The translations under genes and the position numbers were made by a program. Positions 28,454 through 37,698 of a stretch of DNA of 64,000 bases are shown here, one piece after another. The DNA is from Minisyncoccia bacterium (GTDB taxonomy: Bacteria > Patescibacteriota > Minisyncoccia > SW-4-49-11): assembly GCA_044341565.1 (NCBI GenBank), contig JBIIRM010000001.1:1159-65158 (forward strand), read 5' to 3'. The stretch's first letter is position 1; each line of letters starts with the position of its first letter. The notes under the pieces were generated by a model. It saw only the letters and a program-made list of their open reading frames with translations, made no database searches and had not been told where the DNA came from.

Positions 28454-30268
28454 CTAAATTCCGTTGATTACTTTATTAATACCAAAGTCTGAGTCTTGAT
28501 TATTCTCCTTGAGATTTTTGATGGTGGGAGCAATAGAATCAATTAGAGTGGTAATTGACTCTATATCTGATTCTGGTATATTTTTGAGTTTACTAATAGA
28601 TTCTCTTATTGAAAGGTCTAGTATATCAGTAATTTCAATATGTGTATTAGCTTGAGCAAATTCTAAGGCTTCTGTATGGAAAGTAAGCATTGCTTTTAAC
28701 ATCAAATACATTTTACGGGTTGAGGCAAAAGCATCCACTTCATCAAAAGCATTTTGTTGTAAATAATCTTCTCTCAAACCACGCGCAGTGTCGAGAAGAA
28801 TTTTCTCAGCATTAGATAGGGCATCCATACCTACTAATTTGATAATATCATCAAGCTCATTTTCTTTTTGTAAAATTTGCATAGCAAGATCACGAAGAGT
28901 ACCCCAATCTGAATGCGTTTTTTCAATGAAATATTCTTCTACATTATCCCGATACAAACTATAACTATTAAGCCAATGAATAGATGGGAAATGTTTTTTG
29001 GCAGCAAGTGAAGCATCAAGTCCCCAAAAAGCCTTAGTTACTTTGAGGGTAGCTTGACTTACAGGTTCAGACAAATCTCCTCCTGGAGGGGATACCGCTG
29101 CAATAATAGTAGCTGAACCAGTTCTATTTTCTGATCCAAGTGTTGTCACAATACCAGCTCTTTCATAAAAGGCTGAAATTCGAGATCCAAGATAAGCAGG
29201 ATACCCTTCTTCTCCTGGCATTTCTTCTAATCTTCCAGACATTTCTCGCATAGCTTCTGCCCAACGTGATGTTGAATCAGCCATCATAGCAACATTATAT
29301 CCCATATCTCGATAATATTCAGCTAATGTAATACCGGTATATACAGAAGCTTCACGAGCTGCAATAGGCATATTAGAAGTATTGGCAACTAAAATAGTCC
29401 GCTCCATTAAAGGTCGTCCTGATGCGGGGTCTTTTAAATGAGGGAATTCTACTAGTACATCGGTAATTTCATTTCCACGCTCACCACAACCAACATAAAT
29501 AACAATATCAGCATCAGACCATTTTGCTAATTGTTGCTGAATAACGGTTTTCCCAGCTCCAAATGGTCCTGGAACAGCGGCAGCTCCTCCTTTTGGTACA
29601 GGGAAAAAGGTGTCAATAATTCTTTGTTGTGTAATAAGAGGAGTGCGAGGAATTTGTTTAGCTTGATAAGGTCGGGGAGTACGTACTGGCCATTTATGCA
29701 TTAATTGCACAGGAGTATCTCCAATGGTAGCTATAGTTTCAGTTACGGTAAATTCACCAGATTTAATATCAGTAATTTCTCCTTCCACTCCTAAGGGGAC
29801 GAGAATTTTATGTATAATAAGTCCTGTTTCTTGTACTGTTCCTAGTATATCTCCAGGAATTACGGTATCTCCTTTTTTGAGTAATGGCTTGAATTCCCAT
29901 TTTGTCTCTCGATTAAGGCTTGGAGCGGTAACACCTTTTGCAATATATCCTGGATTTAATCCATTAGCAGCTGCCTTTTCTGCAATAACATTAAGGGGTC
30001 GTAAAATTCCATCAAATAATCCAGCAGTTAAAAGTCCAGGGCCAAGTTCTATACTAAGGGGCTCACCAGTTGAACTTACGGGTTCTCCTACAACAAGTCC
30101 AGAAGTATCTTCATATACCTGGATAGAAGCGGTATCTCCCTTAAGCTCAATAATTTCTCCCATAAGCTCAAGTGTTCCTACTTTAACCAAGTCATACATT
30201 TTAGCTCCTCTCATAGAGTCAGCAATAACAAGTGGTCCTGAGATTTTGATAATTGTTCCTGTATTCAT
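28454..30268 (-). CDS. ntpA: V/A-type ATP synthase subunit A
   Basis: [22 protein letters not shown] and SPPGGD motifs. Start at ATG 30268. Confidence 0.97.
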   Translation of the reverse strand: MNTGTIIKISGPLVIADSMRGAKMYDLVKVGTLELMGEIIELKGDTASIQVYEDTSGLVVGEPVSSTGEPLSIELGPGLLTAGLFDGILRPLNVIAEKAAANGLNPGYIAKGVTAPSLNRETKWEFKPLLKKGDTVIPGDILGTVQETGLIIHKILVPLGVEGEITDIKSGEFTVTETIATIGDTPVQLMHKWPVRTPRPYQAKQIPRTPLITQQRIIDTFFPVPKGGAAAVPGPFGAGKTVIQQQLAKWSDADIVIYVGCGERGNEITDVLVEFPHLKDPASGRPLMERTILVANTSNMPIAAREASVYTGITLAEYYRDMGYNVAMMADSTSRWAEAMREMSGRLEEMPGEEGYPAYLGSRISAFYERAGIVTTLGSENRTGSATIIAAVSPPGGDLSEPVSQATLKVTKAFWGLDASLAAKKHFPSIHWLNSYSLYRDNVEEYFIEKTHSDWGTLRDLAMQILQKENELDDIIKLVGMDALSNAEKILLDTARGLREDYLQQNAFDEVDAFASTRKMYLMLKAMLTFHTEALEFAQANTHIEITDILDLSIRESISKLKNIPESDIESITTLIDSIAPTIKNLKENNQDSDFGINKVINGI

Positions 30269-30282
30269 AATAATTAGATTAA

Positions 30283-30606
30283 TCAAGAGGCGAATAATGT
30301 GTCGAGGCTCATTCCTACAGCTTTCTCGGTTAGCCGTTTTAGCTCATCCACAGATGAGCTATCACTACTAATAGGAAGTTGAGAAATAGGAATAGTAAAT
30401 GAGTTCATAATTTTCCGTTGTTTTGGTGTCAATATAATAGAAGAAGATATAAAAATAATAGCATATTGATCAATATCTTTTTCTATAGATTGAATGATAG
30501 TATCTATTGAAATCTCTTCACTATTAAAAGTTTCAAAGCCAAATAATTGAAATAAGAGAATAATATCTACCTCAGCAATTACAACGGGTTTTTTATACGG
30601 TATCAT
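30283..30606 (-). CDS. ntpF: V/A-type ATP synthase subunit F
   Basis: Size, operon position and C-terminal EKAVG motif. Confidence 0.8.
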   Translation of the reverse strand: MIPYKKPVVIAEVDIILLFQLFGFETFNSEEISIDTIIQSIEKDIDQYAIIFISSSIILTPKQRKIMNSFTIPISQLPISSDSSSVDELKRLTEKAVGMSLDTLFAS

Positions 30607-31541
30607 ATAGCTGAATAATTAATAAATCGTAATTTAGCTTGCTTGGAGTCTATTTGCTTACCATATTGTAAAAGGAGTAATTTTATATTTGCAATAGCAT
30701 AATGTAATCTCTCAGTATATTGAATAATACGATCTCCTGACATACCAGTAAATTGAGCTTTATTTATCGCATTTATTTCTTTTCGAATAAGGGTATTTTC
30801 AATATTAATAATATTAATATCAGCGGGAGATAAATGGAGGAATTGTCCAATATCACCTAGAATATCTCCAAAGCTAAAACCCTTTACTGCATTAATAGCA
30901 AAGCTTCCCTGAATTGGTAATAAATGGCGTATAATATGCTCTCGTGATTGTCCTTTTTGGGTACGTGCTAATACATTTAATAAAGTATAGCTATTAATTT
31001 TAGTTAATATGAAGTGTTTCATCACCCTACTGGTATCTTGAAGATGTTCAAATAATAAGGTTAAAAAGACTTCTTCTAGATAAGAAATAATTCCAAAGCT
31101 ATCAGGAGAATGAATGATTTTGTCTTGTTTCGCTAAAAGTTTTTGTTTAAATTCTGTTGAATAGTATAATTGACTTGGGATTTCAGATAGAATATGTAAA
31201 AATGCTTTTTCTCCTAAAATTTCACCATATACTGTTTGATTGAGAGTAATTTTTTTTACATTTTCAAAATCTTTTTGTAATTGAAGATATATAAATGGAG
31301 CAGAGTCATGAGGAAGAAGATGTAAAATCCCATCTATTTCTTTCTGATAATAGTGATTTAATTCTTGAATAATTGTTGGGATATTATTATCAGCTATATG
31401 GAATGAGTTTTTAATTAAAGTAAATACCCCATCAATATTATCGGTTACTAATAAATGCTTTACTTCAATAGAAGAAGGCAAATGTCCTAATCTTGAGACA
31501 TATCTACTCGCAACACCAATGAGGGGTATTTGTAAACTCAT
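30603..31541 (-). CDS. ntpC: V/A-type ATP synthase subunit C/d (divergent)
   Basis: 312 aa, operon position, DFENVK motif. Confidence 0.65.
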   Translation of the reverse strand: MSLQIPLIGVASRYVSRLGHLPSSIEVKHLLVTDNIDGVFTLIKNSFHIADNNIPTIIQELNHYYQKEIDGILHLLPHDSAPFIYLQLQKDFENVKKITLNQTVYGEILGEKAFLHILSEIPSQLYYSTEFKQKLLAKQDKIIHSPDSFGIISYLEEVFLTLLFEHLQDTSRVMKHFILTKINSYTLLNVLARTQKGQSREHIIRHLLPIQGSFAINAVKGFSFGDILGDIGQFLHLSPADINIINIENTLIRKEINAINKAQFTGMSGDRIIQYTERLHYAIANIKLLLLQYGKQIDSKQAKLRFINYSAI

Positions 31542-32074
31542 AATTGTTTTATGATAAGGGGAAGAGTTTTATGTTTTACTATTGCAAGAATATCTTCTAC
31601 AGTAATCTCTAAATGTCCAGATTCTAATATAGTACTAATTGTACCTAAACTCTCCGAATGATTTGAATGGGTAATAGTATATCTAAAAGGTTTAATAAGG
31701 GATTCTAATTCAGAACTATATTGTCCACTAAGCTCCAGAGTTGATGAAGAAGGAATATCTTTTAAGGTATCAGTAATCAGATTTTTAACAAATTGAGAAT
31801 TAAGAATATTAGGAAGGATTTCTTGGTATATGGTATCTAATTCAGCTTGTACAGAATATCCATAGGCAAATTTCTGAGATTTACTTTGTTGAAATTTTTT
31901 AAAATTAATTTGAGTAGAAACTGCTTCATCAATTTCTTGTGAATGGAGTCTTTTCACTTCAGCTAATTGGCTATTCCAATGAGCTTTAACATCTTGAAAT
32001 TCAACAGCATATTGAGACTCTAATTTCTCAATATCAGCATTTACTTGTGACTGAATCAAATCTGCTAAAGTCAT
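31538..32074 (-). CDS. ntpE: V/A-type ATP synthase subunit E (divergent)
   Basis: N-terminal coiled coil; position after subunit K; start at ATG 32074. Confidence 0.6.
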   Translation of the reverse strand: MTLADLIQSQVNADIEKLESQYAVEFQDVKAHWNSQLAEVKRLHSQEIDEAVSTQINFKKFQQSKSQKFAYGYSVQAELDTIYQEILPNILNSQFVKNLITDTLKDIPSSSTLELSGQYSSELESLIKPFRYTITHSNHSESLGTISTILESGHLEITVEDILAIVKHKTLPLIIKQL

Positions 32075-32075
32075 A

Positions 32076-32555
32076 TTATCCAATTGATACTCCATTAATA
32101 ATCAAAATTGAAACAAGAAGCCCAAATACAGCAAATGTTTCTACTAAAGCAGCAAGGATAATTACTTGCCCTATTTTAGATTTATCTCGAGAAATAAGTT
32201 GAATTCCACTTGCAATTACATCCCCCTGATATTTACCAGAAGCAAGACAAGTAAGTCCTACTGGAATTCCTGCAAAAGCTAATATGAGACCATTTTGCCA
32301 AGTTACATCTGCAAATTCACCAGATAAAACTCCAGTATTTTGTAAAATCAATACCGCTGCTAATAGTCCATAAATAGCTTGAGAACCTGGTAGGGCTGAT
32401 AATAATAATACATTACCAAATTGTGATTCATCTTCTGCAACAAGCCCAGCTCCAGTTTTTCCAGCGGTAGCTACTCCAATTGATGAACCAGCTCCAGCAA
32501 GCCCTGCAGCTAATGCTGCTCCTAATACTGCCAAACTTATTCCTAATACTTCCAT
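32076..32555 (-). CDS. ntpK: V/A-type ATP synthase subunit K (c), 4-TM
   Basis: AGAGSSIG, LPGSQAIYG, KYQG and LVETFA motifs. Confidence 0.95.
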   Translation of the reverse strand: MEVLGISLAVLGAALAAGLAGAGSSIGVATAGKTGAGLVAEDESQFGNVLLLSALPGSQAIYGLLAAVLILQNTGVLSGEFADVTWQNGLILAFAGIPVGLTCLASGKYQGDVIASGIQLISRDKSKIGQVIILAALVETFAVFGLLVSILIINGVSIG

Positions 32556-32646
32556 ATATGTAATTTAAATTCTTAATAGGGGATACAGATTCCTGCTATC
32601 CTTTTCACTATACTCTTATATATGTAAGAATACAATGAAAAGAATA

Positions 32647-34689
32647 TCAAGACTTTTCAATAATACTATATTCTTGAGATCGAGTTATCACTTGTAGAGG
32701 TTTACCTCCAGATTGGAAAAATTTACTAAAGAACTCTACAAAATGTAGTCGACCAACATTAATATATGTACCGAGTACATTAAGCGCAAGATTAAATATA
32801 TTTCCTGCAATAAAAATAATAATCATAAGAATATATCCAATCAAAATCCATGCTCCACCCTTTTCTACAAATCCACTACCAGCTAAATTAGATAAAGTAC
32901 CTACAACCCCTGCAATAATTCCTGTAGCAAGTCCTAGAGCAACTAATCGAGTATAGGATAAAATATCAGATAAATATCCTACTACTCCAAAAAAGACATC
33001 ATAAGCACCTTTTCCAAATCGAGCGAGAATTGAATTCATTTCTCGTCCAAGCGTATAAATCATTACAATAATATAGGCTATATAAAGATATAAGAGGGGA
33101 TCAATTAATAATTGTAATCCAGAGCCGAGTAATCCAAAATTAATTAATAATAATACTATTCCAAAAACTAAAGCACCAACCCATAATATGGAATCTATAC
33201 TTGATTCCCAAACAGATTTTTTATTAAAGGCTTGAATAATATTAAGTATTAATCCAAATAATAGATGAATAATACCTAATATAATAGTGAAAGCCATTAA
33301 TGCAATTACACTACCCATTGGATTAATAATTTGAATCTGTTGTAATAGAGGAATAAGACCAATATTAATGAGAAATAGCATATGAGGAGAAGCAGTTTCA
33401 GGGTTAATGGCATCAGGGGTAATACCAAACCAACTACCAAATAAAGCTCCAACAATAAGAGTAGCAATAGAGGATATGAAAATTACGGTAAAGATATCTC
33501 TTGCTCCAGACTTTAATTTAGATTGCAGAAGTCCGGCTCCCGTGAGAATAATTAAGATTAAAGCATATCCTGCCTCAGATAATGCAAGTGCAAACATAAA
33601 GGTAAAGAATAATGCAATAAATGGTGTTGGATCAATATTTCCAGCCTGAGGATATCCCATAATTCTCGTTACTGTTTCAAAGTTACGAATAATAGGGGCA
33701 TTTTTCATAATAATAGGAGTTTCAGAAATTTTGGAGGGTAATTCAATAATTTCTCCTTTTTTTGATATAGTCTGAATATCTTTTTCTAATAAATGTAATT
33801 TTTCAGAATCTATCCATATTTGCAATGAAGATGTATTATTTTCTTCAGGAGTAAAAGCATGTAAATAAGATATTATATTGAGATGAGAAGTTATTACATC
33901 ACTTAATATTGCTAAATCTTTTAATTTGATAGGAGATTTTTTTAATTCTCGATTTAATTTGAGAATAGCCTTTTTGTTTTCATTGAATTCTTGTTTGCTA
34001 CTATGATAAATATCATAAAAAGAACCAGAAACTTCAGCCGGAAATTGAATTAAGGTCGCTTGATTTTGTATGATTTCCAGGCCAATTTTTGCTTGAGATT
34101 TTGGTAGGGCTAGAATATATACATAATCAGTATCAATTTTTTTTACTGATTCTAATACAATAGAAGATAAGGTTTTTTCTAATTCATCAATAATATATTG
34201 AACCCGTGACTCATCAATTAAGAATGGTAAAAATTGAATATAAGAATAATTCTTAAAAATATCAAGTTCAATATCCTTGAGAGGATTAGATTTTGCAATA
34301 ATATCTTGTAATACTTCTTGGCGACTTATTAAATCATCTTTTAAATCATTTTTTTCTACAATTTCTTTGGCTTTTGCAATAATAAGATCTTGCTCATTAT
34401 CATAATGTGCAAATATTTGTTCAGTAATACTAAATCTATTATCGATAAGACTCGCTAAAACAGATTTTTTTTGAGGATTATAGATTTTATAAACATCCAG
34501 AGCTTTATTGATAATATCTAATTTTTCTAATAAGTCTTGCTGTTTTGTTGTGGATTGAGCATCTAGAGGGGTGTTTTCTATTTTTTCAATAATTTGTCCA
34601 ATTTGAGATTTTTGAAGATATGATAAAAGGGATAACTTTTTCTTATTGGGGATAGTGATTTGAATAAGTTTAGACGCTTGAACTCCCAT
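32647..34689 (-). CDS. ntpI: V/A-type ATP synthase subunit I (a)
   Basis: IDPTP, SDILSYTRLVALGLA and RLHFVEFFSKF motifs. Confidence 0.95.
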   Translation of the reverse strand: MGVQASKLIQITIPNKKKLSLLSYLQKSQIGQIIEKIENTPLDAQSTTKQQDLLEKLDIINKALDVYKIYNPQKKSVLASLIDNRFSITEQIFAHYDNEQDLIIAKAKEIVEKNDLKDDLISRQEVLQDIIAKSNPLKDIELDIFKNYSYIQFLPFLIDESRVQYIIDELEKTLSSIVLESVKKIDTDYVYILALPKSQAKIGLEIIQNQATLIQFPAEVSGSFYDIYHSSKQEFNENKKAILKLNRELKKSPIKLKDLAILSDVITSHLNIISYLHAFTPEENNTSSLQIWIDSEKLHLLEKDIQTISKKGEIIELPSKISETPIIMKNAPIIRNFETVTRIMGYPQAGNIDPTPFIALFFTFMFALALSEAGYALILIILTGAGLLQSKLKSGARDIFTVIFISSIATLIVGALFGSWFGITPDAINPETASPHMLFLINIGLIPLLQQIQIINPMGSVIALMAFTIILGIIHLLFGLILNIIQAFNKKSVWESSIDSILWVGALVFGIVLLLINFGLLGSGLQLLIDPLLYLYIAYIIVMIYTLGREMNSILARFGKGAYDVFFGVVGYLSDILSYTRLVALGLATGIIAGVVGTLSNLAGSGFVEKGGAWILIGYILMIIIFIAGNIFNLALNVLGTYINVGRLHFVEFFSKFFQSGGKPLQVITRSQEYSIIEKS

Positions 34690-34720
34690 ATAGATATATA
34701 TATTTACAAGATAGTATTAA

Positions 34721-34984
34721 TTATAATTGAGTAAGAATAATTTTTTGTATTTTCTTATGATCCAATTGTACTTTTTGTTTTTCAATATCAATAATATCTT
34801 GATGGGCAGATAATTTGCTGCTCACAATTTCATTCTTATTAAGAATTTCTTTTTCAAGCATATCGATAGTATTTTTTTTATCGATAATATAATGCTCTAC
34901 TGTTTTCTGGTGATTACTTTTAATTGCTTTTGCTTCTTTAACAAAAGATTTTTCAATTTCAATCAAATCAACTAATTTTTTCAT
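34721..34984 (-). CDS. Probable V/A-type ATPase subunit G/H
   Basis: Small, charged, helical protein; first gene of the operon. Confidence 0.55.
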   Translation of the reverse strand: MKKLVDLIEIEKSFVKEAKAIKSNHQKTVEHYIIDKKNTIDMLEKEILNKNEIVSSKLSAHQDIIDIEKQKVQLDHKKIQKIILTQL

Positions 34985-35004
34985 AACATAAAAGATTACA
35001 TGTC

Positions 35005-35033
35005 AGTATATCTCAATATCGACTCTTTGTCAA
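35005..35033 (-). promoter_or_regulatory. Sigma70 promoter of the V-ATPase operon
   Basis: TTGACA-17-TATACT. Confidence 0.8.
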
Positions 35034-35040
35034 AAAACAC

Positions 35041-36483
35041 TTAGATAAAGAATTTTTTGCGAATAATTTCGTCTTGTTCTTGTTGCTTTGATTCTATAAC
35101 ATCAATAGCTTTGATTTTGAGTTCTCTCAAGTCTTGTACAGCTAATTCTTGTACTCTTGGCTTAAGATAATCAAGAGTATTCTTATTGGGATCTTCGAGT
35201 ATTTCCGCTAATAATACATTTAATATTGCTCCAATCATGGGTCCTGGTTTAATATTGAGTTCATTGATAAGCATATTTCCATCAATAGCAAGGCGTGATA
35301 AATCAATAGGATCTAACATAACTTTTTCTGTCATATATTCAAAATGCCTCAGTCTATATGGCCGTGCTTTGGGAGTTCCAGAACCAATACGGTCACATTC
35401 ACGAAGTTTGATTAAGTCTTTGATATTCTCAACGCCTACATTTCGAATTAATTTACGAATAGAAGCCTCAGTGACTTCATTGGTATCATAATAAAACATA
35501 TGATAACGTACTAATTTTGAAATGCGGGCTGCAAATTTTTTGGGATAATGTAATCGATTTAAAATCTCATAGGCCATACTGGCTCCCACCACTTCATGAT
35601 TATGAAAAGTACAGGTTTTACCCGTGCCTTCTTTGGTACGAGGTTTTGCAATATCATGTAATAGCCCCGCCATTCTCAAATCAAAGCTCCAGTTGCTATC
35701 ACAAGCATGTTGCATAGTACGAAGTAAATGCTCCCAGACATCATAAATATGATGTCCATTTTGCTCTACTCCAACACCTTCTAATAATTCGGGTATACTA
35801 TATTGTAATAATCCACTATCTTTTAGCAAAATATAGCCATTAATAGCTCGCGGAGTATTCATTATTTTGGTGATTTCATCGCGTATTCGCTCCTTGGCAA
35901 TATGCTCGAGATTAGGGGACAAATTCTGTATAGCCAATAGGGTCTTAGGTTCAATAGTGAAATCTAATTGTATTGCAAAACGAATAGCCCGCATAAGCCT
36001 GAGGGCATCTTCATTGAATCTATCCTGAGCTTCCCCCACAGTACGAATAATACCTTTTTCTAAATCAGCAAGACCTCCAAAGAAATCTTGTATTTCTCCT
36101 TTGGAATTCATCGCAAGAGCATTGACAGTAAAGTCGCGGCGAGCAAGATCAAGAGACAATTCAGACACAAATTCTACTGTCTCAGGGTGGCGATAATCTG
36201 TATAATGAGCTTCACTTCGATAGGTAGTAACTTCAATAATTTCTACCGTCTCATCAGCTTTGCGATATTTGACTCCTACAGTTCCAAAAGTATTCTCATA
36301 TACGGAGTCGGGGAATAATGTTTGGATTTGATCAGGAAGAGCATTGGTAGTAATATCCCAATCTACAGGATTTGCACCTCTTACAAGATCACGAACACTA
36401 CCTCCAACAATAAAAGCTTCATATCCCGCTTTTTCAAGAGTATGCAATATTAAAAGAATATGGTCAGGTATAGAATAAGACAT
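35041..36483 (-). CDS. cca: CCA tRNA nucleotidyltransferase with HD domain
   Basis: VGGSVRD, DWD, RRDFTVNA, EDALR and LHDIAKP motifs. Confidence 0.92.
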   Translation of the reverse strand: MSYSIPDHILLILHTLEKAGYEAFIVGGSVRDLVRGANPVDWDITTNALPDQIQTLFPDSVYENTFGTVGVKYRKADETVEIIEVTTYRSEAHYTDYRHPETVEFVSELSLDLARRDFTVNALAMNSKGEIQDFFGGLADLEKGIIRTVGEAQDRFNEDALRLMRAIRFAIQLDFTIEPKTLLAIQNLSPNLEHIAKERIRDEITKIMNTPRAINGYILLKDSGLLQYSIPELLEGVGVEQNGHHIYDVWEHLLRTMQHACDSNWSFDLRMAGLLHDIAKPRTKEGTGKTCTFHNHEVVGASMAYEILNRLHYPKKFAARISKLVRYHMFYYDTNEVTEASIRKLIRNVGVENIKDLIKLRECDRIGSGTPKARPYRLRHFEYMTEKVMLDPIDLSRLAIDGNMLINELNIKPGPMIGAILNVLLAEILEDPNKNTLDYLKPRVQELAVQDLRELKIKAIDVIESKQQEQDEIIRKKFFI

Positions 36484-36501
36484 AATTTTTCATATAAATA
36501 A

Positions 36502-36579
36502 TGGAGCCAATGGTGGGGCTCGAACCCACGACCTATGCGTTACGAATGCATTGCTCTACCAGAACTAAGCTACATTGGC
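36502..36579 (-). tRNA. tRNA-Thr(CGT), CCA encoded
   Basis: Cloverleaf with GCCAATG/CATTGGC acceptor stem, anticodon loop TTCGTAA and T-loop TTCGAGC. Confidence 0.95.
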
Positions 36580-36614
36580 ATAAGCATAGTATAGTCTAAA
36601 ATGGCTATGAGAGC

Positions 36615-36651
36615 AAGAAGAAAAACTCGACATCATAAATAATGTCGAGTT
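36615..36651 (-). terminator. Intrinsic terminator of ORF 36673-36966
   Basis: AACTCGACAT-N8-ATGTCGAGTT then TTTCTTCTT. Confidence 0.8.
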
Positions 36652-36672
36652 GATATGATTAAAAATATTTCC

Positions 36673-36966
36673 TTATGAGGATGTGGCTGGTATTCGATTG
36701 ATAAGTCTTGCAATATGCTCATGTATGAATAAAGTAGCTTCAGCTTGAAAGTTTTTTCTACTCTTATTACATTCTCTTCGAATCTCATTAATAGTTGGAC
36801 CTATGAGATCTCTTGTATGAGGATGTTCTCTGAGTATATTTTGCCAAGCCTTTCTTTTTTCAATACCACTTAATTGAGTGATAGGGAGTTTGGGTATTGC
36901 ATATTTTTCCAAATGATTCAGTATGGTATCCCAGTCTTCAAGAGCGAAAGTCAATTTTGTTGTCAT
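36673..36966 (-). CDS. Orphan protein (97 aa)
   Basis: Start MTTKL at 36966, after the promoter TTGACA(37015-37020)-17-TAATAT. Has its own terminator. Confidence 0.65.
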   Translation of the reverse strand: MTTKLTFALEDWDTILNHLEKYAIPKLPITQLSGIEKRKAWQNILREHPHTRDLIGPTINEIRRECNKSRKNFQAEATLFIHEHIARLINRIPATSS

Positions 36967-37020
36967 TGTAAATAGCAGGACATCACAAAATATATTAACA
37001 GAGACTATACTATTTGTCAA

Positions 37021-37047
37021 AAGAAAAGACCCCGACATTGTCGAGGC
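37021..37047 (-). terminator. Intrinsic terminator of ORF 37068-37631, abutting the next gene's -35
   Basis: GCCTCGAC-AAT-GTCGGGGT-C-TTTTCTT followed directly by TTGACA. Confidence 0.8.
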
Positions 37048-37067
37048 TGGGTGAGGTTAGTGTGTTA

Positions 37068-37631
37068 TCAGGAGTCGATGAGATCCTGCAGAAGCGGGGT
37101 CCATTGATCGAGCTCATAGGCCAGGAGGTTTGATGCCTGTGCATCAATGACGCCCATGATGGTGGGTGAATCAGATCGCCCGATGAGAGCGGGCTGAGTG
37201 GTGTAATCACCCCGCTTTCTCTCCCAGTAGTCAACCGTCTTGGTAGAAAGACCGCAACGGTTACCGAGGAAGATATTCTCGGCTGTGGGGGTCTCACCTC
37301 TGCGGGTTCGATTGACTCCACTGGAGTATCTCACCTCTTGAGCAGCAAGAGCTATCAAGGTCTTGCGAGCCTTGTCGTATTGACCGTAGTCAATACGAGC
37401 CAGTGCTCGTTCAAGCTGATAGAGCTCAGCACACCTGTCGCACCAAGGTGACACGGTGACGTAGAACGCCACCAACTGAATGGGAGGCTTTCCACTCAAC
37501 CCCTTCAATTTGAGGAGGCTCTTGCGAGCTTCCACCTTCAGCTCATTGAGCTGTTTCGCTGCGATAGCGGGTGAGAAAGCAGCGCGGAGGCGCCGACGGA
37601 TCTTGAGTGGGCTTTCGATGGTAGTAGCCAT
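37068..37631 (-). CDS. GC-rich hairpin-tiled orphan ORF (187 aa, CxxC motif)
   Basis: Bounded by a perfect promoter and a terminator; about 53% GC in a sampled 60-nt line. Confidence 0.7.
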   Translation of the reverse strand: MATTIESPLKIRRRLRAAFSPAIAAKQLNELKVEARKSLLKLKGLSGKPPIQLVAFYVTVSPWCDRCAELYQLERALARIDYGQYDKARKTLIALAAQEVRYSSGVNRTRRGETPTAENIFLGNRCGLSTKTVDYWERKRGDYTTQPALIGRSDSPTIMGVIDAQASNLLAYELDQWTPLLQDLIDS

Positions 37632-37657
37632 GGACTAAATGTTAATGAACAAAAATG

Positions 37658-37686
37658 ATTATATCACAAAATAGGTAAAATGTCAA
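37658..37686 (-). promoter_or_regulatory. Consensus sigma70 promoter
   Basis: TTGACA-17 nt (ending TGTGA)-TATAAT. Confidence 0.85.
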
Positions 37687-37698
37687 TTTGTATAAACA

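Noticed and set aside
27663-30371. Long antisense ORFs opposite ntpA/ntpB, and similar shadows elsewhere
   Set aside because: These are shadow frames of conserved genes with no independent expression signals.
32578-32630. Hairpins between ntpI and ntpK as a riboswitch
   Set aside because: They are short imperfect stems with no recognisable aptamer, and at most an mRNA stability element.
37010-37321. Overlapping 103-aa ORF and the N-terminal extension of 36673-37038
   Set aside because: Both run through a terminator and a promoter. The 187-aa frame and the ATG at 36966 fit the regulatory signals.
36502-37698. tRNA-targeted integrative element
   Set aside because: The orphan genes lie 5' of the tRNA, and I found no duplicated tRNA end or integrase.
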